Shown one piece after another: positions 1 through 13,729 of a stretch of 41,589 bases of DNA. A model generated the notes under the pieces. The model had not been told where the DNA came from and did not search any database. It saw only the letters and a program-made list of their open reading frames with translations. Source of the stretch: Thermoplasmata archaeon. Lineage in GTDB: Archaea > Thermoplasmatota > Thermoplasmata > RBG-16-68-12 > JAJISG01. The stretch is taken from contig JAZFPV010000034.1 in assembly GCA_036444795.1 (NCBI GenBank), positions 1 to 41,589 of the forward strand, in the 5' to 3' direction. A program made the translations under genes and the position numbers. How positions within the stretch are numbered: position 1 is the stretch's first letter; every line of letters starts with the position of its first letter.

Positions 1-1
1 G

Positions 2-706
2 TCTGACATTCCGATGGCCGCGGGAATGGGATCTTCCGCGGCGGTGACCGTCGGCCTTCTTGCCTGCCTTCAAGGTGCGCGGGGGCGCTTACACGAGGAG
101 GAAATCGCCCGAACGGGGTTCGAGGTCGAGCACGCCGTTCAAGGCCGGGCGAGTCCCATCGACACGACGACGGCCACCCATGGTGGGGGCATTCTCCTGC
201 TCAAGCAGCGGGAGGAGAACTTCCTGTGGAGGATCGAGAAGGGTGCGACCCGCTGGAACCTGCACGGCTCCCCCCTGCCGGAAATGACGTTCGTGGTGGG
301 AACCACGGGGATCGAGGCGGCGACCGGCCCTCTCGTGGCCCAGGTCAAGAGACGCGTGGAGACCCAGCCGGGGGCCCGCAGGGCGGTGGAGCGCATTGGC
401 GAGATCGCGTTGGAAGGCGTCGAGGCCCTTCGGCGGGGCGACCTGGAACGGGGAGGTGAGCTGATGCTAGAGAATCACCGCCTCCTGAACACACTCGGGG
501 TGGGCCATGTCGCCTTGGACAAGCTCGTGGCGGCCAGTATCCCGCTCTCCTTCGGAGCAAAGCTGACGGGCGCAGGCGGGGGGGGCAGCATGATCGCCCT
601 GACGAACGACCCACTTGGGGTGACACGGGCCCTCAAAAGCGCGGGGGGGAGCGCCTTTGCGGTCTCTACGGTCCCCACGGGAGTCCAGCTTGAGCGCAGA
701 TCCTGA
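2..706 (+). CDS. mvk: Mevalonate kinase, C-terminal ~234 aa (5' end lies outside the window)
   Basis: GHMP-kinase motif II (IP.GMGSSAA) at the window edge, ASPIDTTTATHGG, and motif III KLTGAGGGGSMIAL. The frame is open back to position 2. Confidence 0.85.
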   Translation, partial: SDIPMAAGMGSSAAVTVGLLACLQGARGRLHEEEIARTGFEVEHAVQGRASPIDTTTATHGGGILLLKQREENFLWRIEKGATRWNLHGSPLPEMTFVVGTTGIEAATGPLVAQVKRRVETQPGARRAVERIGEIALEGVEALRRGDLERGGELMLENHRLLNTLGVGHVALDKLVAASIPLSFGAKLTGAGGGGSMIALTNDPLGVTRALKSAGGSAFAVSTVPTGVQLERRS

Positions 707-2003
707 AGCGACCTCAGGGACCGGGAAGGGGGGGGACCTCCTCGTTCGGAACATCGGACACCTCCTGACCCTGGGCGGCTATCGCCGGCCGAGGCGAGGG
801 AAGGACCTCCTTGACCTCGGGGTTCAGGACGGCGCGGCGATCCTCATCGAGAGCGGGATCGTCTCCGCGGTAGGCCCAGAAGTTGAAGTCAAGCGCGAGG
901 CGCGCGGCGTGGACGTCCTGAACGCCCGAGGCCGTCTGGTCCTCCCAGGTATGGTGGATGCCCACACCCACGCCGCCTTCGTCGGGTCCCGTGCGGGGGA
1001 GCTTTCGGATCGATTGAAGGGGAAATCCTACCGGGAAATCGCACAGGCGGGCGGGGGCATTCTCCGAACCGTTCGGGCGGTGCGGGCCGCCTCGGAGAAC
1101 GAGATCGTCGAGGAAACGTTACCTCGACTCCGCAGGATGATCGCCCACGGGACCACCACGGCGGAGGTCAAGTCGGGGTATGGTCTGGACGGGAAATCGG
1201 AGACCAAGATCCTCGCGGCCATCGGGCGATTGAACGAAAGGGTCCCGGCCACCGTCGTGCCAACGTTCCTGGGGGCCCACGCGATTCCCCCTGAGTTCGC
1301 CTCGGACGTCGAGGGGTACGTGGACATCCTTGTGGACAATCTCATCCCCGCTGCGGTCGACCAGGGACTCGCGCGCTTCTGCGACGTCTTCGTGGAGGGC
1401 GGGTTTTTCAGTCCCGAACAGGGACGTCGCATCCTCCTGGCCGGACAGGAAGCGGGCCTACCCTCGAAGGTGCACGCCGACGAGTTGACCGCCTCGGGAG
1501 GGGCCGAACTGGCAGGGGACGTGCGGGCCGTATCGGCCGACCACCTCCTCTTCGCCGGGGAAAGGGGACTCAACGCGTTGGCCGAGAGTGGAACGTTGGC
1601 TGTGGTCCTTCCCGGCACATCCTTCAGCTTGTTCGACCTGCCTTACGCCGACGCGCGACGGATGGTCGAGGCCGGCGTGGCGGTGGCGCTCGGCACTGAC
1701 CTCTCCCCGAACGCCTGGATCGAGTCCATGCTCTTCGTGATCTCCCTCGCGTGCTACCGCCTGAGGATGCGCCCGGAAGAGGCGGTCTCCGCGGCGACGT
1801 GGAACGCGGCGTGGGCGATTGGTCTCGCCGACGAAGTGGGCTCCTTGGAACCGGGCAAGCGGGGAGATTTGTTGGTTCTCGAAGCCAAGGAAGTCCCAGA
1901 AATTCCCTACGGCATCGCCCGGAACCTCGCGAACACCGTCATCAAAGACGGTGCGGTCGTCTCCCGCGAGGGCCGGCTCACTCCGCCGGAGGCGCCAGGC
2001 TAG
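657..2003 (+). CDS. Imidazolonepropionase-like metal-dependent amidohydrolase (HutI family)
   Basis: LVLPGMVDAHTHAAF...YREIAQAGGGILRTVRAVRAAS...HGTTTAEVKSGYGL...VHADEL...SADHL matches the HutI/amidohydrolase signature. The start is uncertain: TTG at 657 or TTG at 690, both overlapping the mvk 3' end. Confidence 0.75.
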   Translation: MRSLRSPRESSLSADPEATSGTGKGGDLLVRNIGHLLTLGGYRRPRRGKDLLDLGVQDGAAILIESGIVSAVGPEVEVKREARGVDVLNARGRLVLPGMVDAHTHAAFVGSRAGELSDRLKGKSYREIAQAGGGILRTVRAVRAASENEIVEETLPRLRRMIAHGTTTAEVKSGYGLDGKSETKILAAIGRLNERVPATVVPTFLGAHAIPPEFASDVEGYVDILVDNLIPAAVDQGLARFCDVFVEGGFFSPEQGRRILLAGQEAGLPSKVHADELTASGGAELAGDVRAVSADHLLFAGERGLNALAESGTLAVVLPGTSFSLFDLPYADARRMVEAGVAVALGTDLSPNAWIESMLFVISLACYRLRMRPEEAVSAATWNAAWAIGLADEVGSLEPGKRGDLLVLEAKEVPEIPYGIARNLANTVIKDGAVVSREGRLTPPEAPG

Positions 2004-3060
2004 CGCCTTCGAGCCGGGAGTGGGCCCGAACGTGCATCTCGTCCCCGAGGACGCTGTCGATGATTTCGACGTCCTCATCCACCCTGCAGGCGGTCGCTAG
2101 GATGCTCCCTCGCACGCGGCTCCGCCAACCGATGAGGCTCCCCTCCATCACGATGGAGTCCTGGAGGTCCACGTTCCGATCCAGGAAGACTCCGTCGTAC
2201 ACGCACGACCGGGACACGCGGACGCCTTTCGATAGGGTGGCCCCCCCACCGACGTAGCTGGGGCCCTGGATTTCGACCCCTTCGCTGATCCGCGCGTCCG
2301 GGGAGACGAGAACCGGCCCCTCGCTCTTCACGCCCTTTAGGGCCGCCTCCGTCCCCGTCCGCCGAATGACCTCCAGGCTCGCTTGCAAGAGGTCCTCGGG
2401 CCGGCCGATGTCCATCCAGAGGCCCTCCAGCTCCAGGCCGTAGAGCGCTTCCTCTTTCTCCAGCAGGAGGGGAAAGAGGTCCTTCGAGAAGTCGAAGGTT
2501 TTGCCCCTAGGCACGAACGTGAGGACTTCAGGCTCGAAGACGTAGATGCCCGCGTTGATCAGGTTGGAGAAGGCCTCCTCGGGAGTGGGCTTCTCCTGGA
2601 ATCGGACGAGACGCCCGTCCGCGTCCACCTCGACCACGCCGAACTGGCGCGTGTCCTCGGCCCGGGTGAGCGCCATGGTGGCGACCGCTCCTCGCTCGGC
2701 GTGCCCTTCGTAGAGTTTCTTCAGGTTGACATCCGCCAGGACATCGCCGCTGGCAACCACGAAGGTCTCGTCTACGAAGTCTTCGAGATTCTTCACCGCC
2801 CCGGCGGTCCCTGCCGGAGCGGCCTCGAAGGAATAGAGGATGGAGGCATCGTAATCGTGACCGTCCCCGATCCGTTTGATGACCCGATCTGACATGTAGC
2901 TCGTCGCGACAATGATTTCGCGAAAGCCTGCCGAGGCCAGCGAGCGGAGCACGTAATCGATGCAGGGCTCCCCGGCCACAGGCAACAGAGGCTTCGGCAC
3001 TGTCTCGGTCAGAGGCCGGAGTCTCGTGCCGTACCCGCCCGCCAGAACCACGGCCTTCAT
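1978..3060 (-). CDS. NDP-sugar pyrophosphorylase (sugar-1-phosphate nucleotidyltransferase with C-terminal left-handed beta-helix)
   Basis: N-terminal MKAVVLAGGYGTRLRPLT..PKPLLPV motif and a C-terminal hexapeptide-repeat-like region. Its 3' end overlaps the convergent amidohydrolase by 26 nt. Confidence 0.8.
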   Translation of the reverse strand: MKAVVLAGGYGTRLRPLTETVPKPLLPVAGEPCIDYVLRSLASAGFREIIVATSYMSDRVIKRIGDGHDYDASILYSFEAAPAGTAGAVKNLEDFVDETFVVASGDVLADVNLKKLYEGHAERGAVATMALTRAEDTRQFGVVEVDADGRLVRFQEKPTPEEAFSNLINAGIYVFEPEVLTFVPRGKTFDFSKDLFPLLLEKEEALYGLELEGLWMDIGRPEDLLQASLEVIRRTGTEAALKGVKSEGPVLVSPDARISEGVEIQGPSYVGGGATLSKGVRVSRSCVYDGVFLDRNVDLQDSIVMEGSLIGWRSRVRGSILATACRVDEDVEIIDSVLGDEMHVRAHSRLEGASLAPPAE

Positions 3061-3062
3061 GA

Positions 3063-3929
3063 CTAAAGCTCCAATTTGCCCCCCTTCTTGAGGGTGGCAA
3101 GGGCCTCCTTGAGCGCTTCGTCCAGCTTCGCCTCGTCCTCCAGCGCCTCACGCACCACGGCTTTCTGCGCCTTGAGCAGGGCCCTGCCTTCGGTGTGCTC
3201 CTGGCGTCGCGAGCGCCTGACCGAGATGACCTCCTTCCGCATCTCCATGGCGCGTTCGTGGTAGCGGTCCGCCCTCTCCCGAACCTTCAGGAAGAGCTCA
3301 TGAAGGCGGTTGGCCTCCGCGGCCAGGATGGCGCCCGCCGCGAGCTTCTCGTCCAGCTCGCCCCGCAAGGCTTGGGCCTGAGCGGACTGGTCGACCACCT
3401 CTCTGTGCTCGGTCTCGGCCCGCTGGAAGTGATCGTCGATGGCGACGTCGAGCTCTCCGACCTCATGCAGGACGGACTCGTGTTCTCGTGCCAAGGCCTC
3501 CAGCTCGGCGAGCTCCTCGCGCGCCCTTCGAATTTCCTCGAGCAGCCGGGCCTCCTCGGGGAGGCTGAGGGTTTGGGTCTCCTGTTGCGTCTCCAGCTTG
3601 GCCACCTGATTCCGGCGGTTTCGGACCTCGGCTTGGACGCCTCCCTTCATCCGACCGCGCAGTTTCTGCTTGATCTCGATGAGATCTTTGGCGCGCCGCT
3701 GGAGGTCGTTCCGTCTCCCCTTGTGCTCGCGGACCTCCTTGAGAACCCGAGACCGTCGGTCCTGAATCGCCTTCGCCTGTTGTCGGACGACCCCTTTCTT
3801 CTTGTTGAGGAGATCGCGCTCCTCCCGGACGACACGGGCATCGGCATTGAAGCGGTCTCGCTTCTCGATCAGATTCTGATAACGCCATTCGGCCTGCTGC
3901 AGTTCGGTGGGCTCCTCCTTCCGGACCAT
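3063..3929 (-). CDS. Conserved archaeal coiled-coil protein (COG1340-like), function unknown
   Basis: 288 aa, almost entirely heptad-like charged helices rich in E/R/K/L/Q. Size and composition fit the uncharacterised archaeal coiled-coil family. A TATA-like GATTAAAG lies ~30 nt upstream, inside the rsmA 3' end. Confidence 0.6.
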   Translation of the reverse strand: MVRKEEPTELQQAEWRYQNLIEKRDRFNADARVVREERDLLNKKKGVVRQQAKAIQDRRSRVLKEVREHKGRRNDLQRRAKDLIEIKQKLRGRMKGGVQAEVRNRRNQVAKLETQQETQTLSLPEEARLLEEIRRAREELAELEALAREHESVLHEVGELDVAIDDHFQRAETEHREVVDQSAQAQALRGELDEKLAAGAILAAEANRLHELFLKVRERADRYHERAMEMRKEVISVRRSRRQEHTEGRALLKAQKAVVREALEDEAKLDEALKEALATLKKGGKLEL

Positions 3930-3958
3930 CGGTGAACAACATTCACTGTGGCACAGCT

Positions 3959-4816
3959 TTAATCTTTCGAAGGAAAAATCCGGCGTGTGACTTCGGCCAT
4001 CTCCTCGGGCAACATCCCGTCGGCCCGCTTCCGGGCTCGGGGGTCGCCCCGGAGGGCTTTCTCGATGGCAGCTTCCGGCCGGCCCAAGGACGAGGCGGAG
4101 AGGCGGAGGGCATTAAGCGCCATCTTGCGCCGGTGGAGGAAGAGGGCGTCAACGACCCGGAAGTAGGCTTCCCGGTCGACCAGAAAGGGAGGGTCTCTGG
4201 TGTCAATCTGCACCACGGCCGCGTCGACTTCGGGGGCCGGCCAGAAGGCAGAGCGAGGAATCGTCCTCCGCATCTGAGCCTTCGCCCGATAGTGGAGCTT
4301 GACGGCCAACCGCGAATAGGCTTTCGTGCCGGGCCCTGCGACCATGCGCTCGGCAAACTCCCGCTGGACGGTCAGGACGGCGCGTTGAAAGGGAGCAGCA
4401 AGGAGGCGCCCCAGAAAGGGAGAGGAGATCTCGAAGGGTAGGTTGCTCACCACCTTGTCATATCGAGGCAAGGCGACCTGGAGCACATCTCCGACCAGGA
4501 GCTCGAGGTGAGGGAACCGCTTCCGGAGGTAGTCGGCCAGGAGGGGATCCTTCTCAACGGCCAAGAGGTTCTGTGTCCGCTGGAGCAAGGCCTCCGTGAG
4601 AATGCCCAGTCCCGGCCCCACTTCCAAGACAGTTTCTTCTGTCTCGATCTCGCCCAGAGCAACGATCTCCTCGGCAACGGCCTCAGACAAGAGAAAGTGC
4701 TGCCCCCAGCGTTTGGAGGGGCGGATCCCCATCTCACGCAGAATCTCCTGAATCTGCCCCGCCTTCATGGCTGCAACCGAGGTCGTGGGTCTCGCGCCGT
4801 CAGGCGATGACGACAC
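3959..4816 (-). CDS. rsmA: 16S rRNA (adenine1518/1519-N6)-dimethyltransferase RsmA/KsgA/Dim1
   Basis: GQHFLLSEAVAEEIV, SAM motif VLEVGPGLGILTEAL, and NLPFEISSP. An alternative start (Met17, position 4768) would remove the 17-nt overlap with nusA. Confidence 0.85.
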   Translation of the reverse strand: MSSSPDGARPTTSVAAMKAGQIQEILREMGIRPSKRWGQHFLLSEAVAEEIVALGEIETEETVLEVGPGLGILTEALLQRTQNLLAVEKDPLLADYLRKRFPHLELLVGDVLQVALPRYDKVVSNLPFEISSPFLGRLLAAPFQRAVLTVQREFAERMVAGPGTKAYSRLAVKLHYRAKAQMRRTIPRSAFWPAPEVDAAVVQIDTRDPPFLVDREAYFRVVDALFLHRRKMALNALRLSASSLGRPEAAIEKALRGDPRARKRADGMLPEEMAEVTRRIFPSKD

Positions 4817-5225
4817 TATGGACGTCGTGGTGCCGGCTGATGAGCTCCCGCGCGAGGCGGAGATTGCTTCCCTCCTTCCCGATGGCGCGGCCCTTCCGCA
4901 ACGGATCCACCTGGACCGAGGCGTGTGTGGTCTCGCCGCGATCCTCGAAAATCACCTCCCGCACGCCGTAGTTACGGAAGATGTTCTTGATGAATCGGGA
5001 GGGGTCCTCGCTGTGCTCCACCACTTGGACCTCCTTGTGGAGGACCTGCCGGAGCCTGTTCACGTTTTCGCCGCCCTTACCCACCGCCGGGCCGATCTCC
5101 CCTTCCTTGACCACGAAGAGGATCTTCGCCTCGGACTCCAGGCAGTCAATCGCGGGAATCCGGGTAAAGTCCTGAAAAAGGGACATCTGCCGTAGGGTGT
5201 CCCCCGTAAAGGTGATGGCCGCCAT
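4800..5225 (-). CDS. nusA: Archaeal NusA-like KH-domain transcription factor
   Basis: 141 aa with two KH-type GxxG motifs (GPAVGKGGENVNRL, GRAIGKEGSNLRLA). Sits in the conserved position after rpl30e in the RNAP operon. Confidence 0.85.
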   Translation of the reverse strand: MAAITFTGDTLRQMSLFQDFTRIPAIDCLESEAKILFVVKEGEIGPAVGKGGENVNRLRQVLHKEVQVVEHSEDPSRFIKNIFRNYGVREVIFEDRGETTHASVQVDPLRKGRAIGKEGSNLRLARELISRHHDVHSVVIA

Positions 5226-5233
5226 CCTGTCAC

Positions 5234-5509
5234 CTACCGTTTCAAGATCTTCGATTTGCCGGGGTCTAGGACGGCCACAGCGGAGACCGAGAACGGCTTC
5301 CCGCAGGCCGCCCCCAGTTCCACGTTGCTTCCCTGGAACTCCTCGATCGGCACCTCTTCGGGTGGCTCTAAAAACTCATCGGGACAGTTGCTTGCCCTGA
5401 TAACGAGGCGAGCTTGGTCGGACTGGAGGGCCCGGCGCACCTGATGGAGGCCCAGAACCACCTGGCCGGTCTCGATGGCCAGACGGAGAGAACCGGCGAA
5501 ATCCGCCAT
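5234..5509 (-). CDS. rpl30e: Ribosomal protein L30e
   Basis: 91 aa; LRLAIETGQVVLGLHQVRRAL......LVIRASNCP is typical of L30e. Canonical position between rpoA2 and nusA. Confidence 0.85.
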   Translation of the reverse strand: MADFAGSLRLAIETGQVVLGLHQVRRALQSDQARLVIRASNCPDEFLEPPEEVPIEEFQGSNVELGAACGKPFSVSAVAVLDPGKSKILKR

Positions 5510-5512
5510 GGC

Positions 5513-9850
<4,338 letters not shown>

Positions 9851-9854
<4 letters not shown>

Positions 9855-12800
9855 CGCAGGTCCTCCAGCTGGAGACGCATGGCTACGCCGAGCGACAAAA
9901 GCTCGTCCACCAAGAGCTTGAAGGCGTAGGAGGTCTGGACGGGGTAGATGTTGGAGTTGTTCCCGCAGACGTTGCAACGAAGGTTCCCCTTCCGGTCCTT
10001 CATGGCGAAATGGCCGCATTCGGGGTTCCCGCACACGTAGAGGAGGATGCCGTCGGACTCATCCAGGAGGCGGTCCTTGATGACCATGGCCGCCCCGTGC
10101 CCGATAAGGCAATCCCGCTCCATCTCTCCGAAGCGGAGGCCGCCCTGCCGAGACCGTCCCTCCGTGGGCTGACGGGTGAGGATCTGTACAGGCCCCCGAC
10201 TCCGCACGTGGAGCTTCCCGGAGACCATGTGGTGGAGCTTCTGGTAGTAGATGGCCCCGACGAAAATCTCCGCGGGAATCATCTGGCCCGTCTTTCCGTC
10301 GTAGAGGACCTCCTTCCCGTTGCTCTTGAAGCCGTTCTTCAACAAGCCCTCGCGGAGCGCGTCCTCCGTCTCCCCGCTGAAGGGAGTACCATCCACCGAG
10401 CGTCCCTCGGAGGAACCGACCTTGCCCCCGATCATCTCCAGGACGTGGGCCACGGTCATCCGTGAAGGGATGGCGTGGGGGTTGATCAGGAGGTCCGGGA
10501 CCACGCCCTGCTCCGTGAAAGGCAGGTCCTCCTGGGGGGCGATGAGGCCGACCACGCCCTTCTGGCCGTGACGGGAGGCAAACTTGTCCCCCAACTCGGG
10601 GATGCGAAGGTCGCGCACGGTCACCTTCGCGAGCTTGCTTCCGTTCTCCGACTCGGTGAGCATGACGCTGTCGACCCAGCCCTTCTCGCCATGGCGCACC
10701 GTGATGCTCGTCTCCCGCCGCTTCTGGGGGGTCAGAAAGTCCGTCTCCTCCTCAAGGAATCGTGGGGGAGAGGTCTTTCCGATGAGGACGTCGCCCCCCT
10801 CCACCCCAACCTCCGGGCTGATGAGGCCGTCATCCGGCGTGAGGCTCGCGTAGGCCAAGTCCGCGCGGGCCCCACGGACGTCCGGGCTCGGCGTCTCGAA
10901 GTGGTCCTCCTGCCCTCCCGGATAGCGACGCTCCTCGGCCTTGTAGGTCCGCATGAAGCTGGAGCGCCCCAGGCCGCGCTCCACGGAAGCCTTGTTGATG
11001 ACCACCGCGTCCTCCATGTTCCACCCGTGGTAGGACATGACCGCTACAATGAAGTTCTGGCCGGCGGGCCGTCGGTTGAAGTTGAGGAAGTGCATGGCTT
11101 CCGTCTGAACCATGGGGGCCTGCGGGTAATGGAGGAGGTGGCTGCGCGTGTCGGGCCGCAGGCGGTAGTTGGACGCCGCGAGGCCCAGAGACTGCTTGAT
11201 CATGCCGGCCCCCATCGTGACCCGGGGCGAGGAGTTGTGCTCCGCGTAGGGAACCAGACCCGCACTGACCCCAAGGATGACCAGAGGATCGATTTCCATG
11301 TGGGTGTGTTCCTTCGTGAGGAGGCTCTCCCCCTCCAGCGTGGATTTACAGAAGTGACACTGCAGTTCGACGAGGACCGACTCGCTGCCCGGGTTGAGCC
11401 AGTCCACGTCCCCCCGAGAGAGGGCGTGTCCACAGTGCGGGCAGTCGGGAGGCACCCCGTATCCGTAGAGGGAGATGAAGGTGTCCTCTTCTTCCTCTGC
11501 ATCGATCCATTCTACGATCCCGTTGTCGATGATATCGGTCCAGCGGAGCTTCCCGATGCGCAGGTCTTCCAAGTCCTTCCGGGTGAGGACCGGGCGGCCC
11601 TCCCGCAGAACGAGGAGGGGACGTCGCATTCGGCCTCGGTCGCAGTTGATGATGATCTCGTTCATGGAATGGTCGAAGCGGATGTTGACTTCGTGGCTCA
11701 AGAGTCCGGAACGACGGCGGCCCCGAATTTCCTCCACGAGCGTCTCCGGTTCCTCGTGCAGGCCCACCAGGTCTCCGTTGACGTACACGCGGGTGAGCTG
11801 GGTCTGCTGTCCGGCCACGCGGCGGGTCCCCAGATCGGCCAAGAGGAGCTTGACGGTGTCCTCGTCAAACCCTTCGGAGACGTCGATGACAAGGGCGGCA
11901 TTCTTGACCAAACCGCAATTCTGCCCCTCCGGGGTCTCGTTGGGACAGAGGCGACCCCACTGGGTCGGGTGAAGGTCCCGCGCCTCGAAGTGGGGCTGAC
12001 TCCGCGTCAGGGGCGAGGTCACCCGACGCAGGTGGCTCATGGCGCTCATGTGCGAGGTCCGATCCAAGAGCTGGGACACCCCGGCCCGTCCGCCCACCCA
12101 GTTTCCCGTGGATAGCGCGTGCAGGAGCCGCTGCGACAGGAGGTCCGGCCGGATCGCAGCCGAAATCTTCAGGCCCTTGCCCCGGGCGTAACCGCGCTCC
12201 AGCTGGTATTTTAGGTCCTTGATGAGGTTCGCGAAGGCGACCCGGAAGAGGTCCTCCATCAGGTCCCCCGCCAGCTTGAGACGCTTGTTCGCGTAGTGAT
12301 CCTTGTCGTCTTCGCGCCGCAAGTCCAAGGAGAGTTCGAGGATGGTCCGGGCGATCCGGCCGAGGAAGAGGGACTTTTTGAACCGATCTTCCTTCGTGTC
12401 GCCCAAGTGGGGGAGGAGGGAGCGGTCCAGGATGGAGTCCACCTTGCGGATCCGGTATTCCCTGGCCTGTCCCGTGGCGAACTTCTTCTCCAGATAAAGG
12501 AGCGCGTCCTCCTGGCTGAAAATCCCCGTGGGCGGGTAGAGCTTCTTGTTCTGGACCTCCTCTAGGTTCGCAAAGACGATGTTGCCCATCTGGGGCGTGG
12601 CGACGATGGCGTTGAAGATGTCCTCGTCCTTGTCCATGCCCAAGGCCTTGAGAAGGATGACCAGAGGAATCTGGCCTGACGCGGTGGGGACGGTGACCAT
12701 GAGCATGCTGTCCTTCTTCTTCTCCACCAGGGTCAGGGCGCGGTACCCCTCACGCTGGGAGAAGACCTTGGCCACCTCCATCCGGCGGCCGTACCGCATG

Positions 12801-13444
12801 CTGAATTCGACGAGAACGCGGTTGGGAGCCAGGTCCTCCAAGGAGATGAGTACCCGCTCCGTTCCGCCGATAATGAAGTAGCCGCCGGGGTCGTGGGGAT
12901 CCTCGCGGAGGTCTATGAGCTTCCGATGATATTCTTCGTCGAGGAGGTCGTACCCGTCCTCCAGATTCTCCCGGTAGAGGCGGCACTTCTTCGTCTTGAC
13001 CATCACCGGAAGGTTGCCGATGAAGACCCGCGCCGGCTCTCGCTCGATGCCGTCCTCAACCACCGTGAAGTCCAGGTAGAGGGGAGCTTGATAGGTCAGG
13101 TTCCGTAGGCGGGCCTCCATGGGGGTCAGAGGGTGAGAGGCCCCGTTGGCCTCCTTGACTTCCGGCAATTTCACGTGAATGGTGGGTTTCGCATCGAGAG
13201 GAATCCTCCCGTTGTCGTCGGTCCGCCGACCGAAGTGAATCTCAACCTTCCGACCGTCGGTCCGATCTTCGTCGAGTTTGATAATGCCTCGTCGCTCGTC
13301 ATCCACCATGGCCCGAAGGCTGTCCACGATGCCCTGCATCCGGCTGTTCAGGTTGTCCTCCGATGCCAGGAAGTCGTTGAAGCTGGCAATGTGGTGGTTG
13401 ACGATGCTTCGCTCCCGAAAGAACGCGTGTACGAGTTCCCGCAT
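9851..13444 (-). CDS. rpoB: DNA-directed RNA polymerase subunit B (unsplit Rpo2)
   Basis: 1197 aa. Contains [48 protein letters not shown] and a C-terminal Zn ribbon CGNPECGH...CNVCGN. Not split into B'/B''. Confidence 0.95.
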
Positions 13445-13446
13445 GC

Positions 13447-13701
13447 TTATCTCTCCACGACGACCCGGTAGGCCACGAACACCCCCGCCGTGGGGCTCAG
13501 GCGAATCACCTTGATGACACGTCCCTCCGCGATGGGCTCGCCCACCACCTCTTCGAGGAAGCGGATGGCGGGGTCCGCGCGCTTGATCTTCGGCAGCTGC
13601 TCCCGACCCACTCGCAGCTCGGTCAGGATGCCATCAGCCTCCTTCTCGGAGAGGAGGTGATGCTCGGGAACCATGTCGTGCTCCATCACGTTAAAGCCCA
13701 T
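13447..13701 (-). CDS. rpoH: DNA-directed RNA polymerase subunit H (Rpo5)
   Basis: 84 aa starting at internal Met45 of the tracked ORF ([21 protein letters not shown]...), typical RpoH size and sequence. GGAGG lies 6 nt upstream of the ATG. The longer ORF would run into the tRNA gene. Confidence 0.85.
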   Translation of the reverse strand: MGFNVMEHDMVPEHHLLSEKEADGILTELRVGREQLPKIKRADPAIRFLEEVVGEPIAEGRVIKVIRLSPTAGVFVAYRVVVER

Positions 13702-13729
13702 GTGTGTCCTCCTACCCCTGGCCGCCCGA

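Noticed and set aside
9855-10034. 60-codon N-terminal extension of the rpoA1 ORF.
   Set aside because: It overlaps the 3' end of rpoB in another frame. The conserved A' N-terminus ([26 protein letters not shown]) begins at the ATGATGA junction with the rpoB stop.
10475-12115. 546-aa plus-strand ORF (and many other 100-440-aa ORFs antisense to rpoB, rpoA1, MscS, the APC permease, hppA, polD and others, for example 14815-15927, 14817-16139, 16737-17993, 19942-20901, 24855-25703).
   Set aside because: They lie antisense to, or out of frame with, genes that have unmistakable conserved motifs. Their translations are Arg/Gly/Pro/His-rich low-complexity sequence, typical of stop-codon-poor alternative frames in high-GC DNA.
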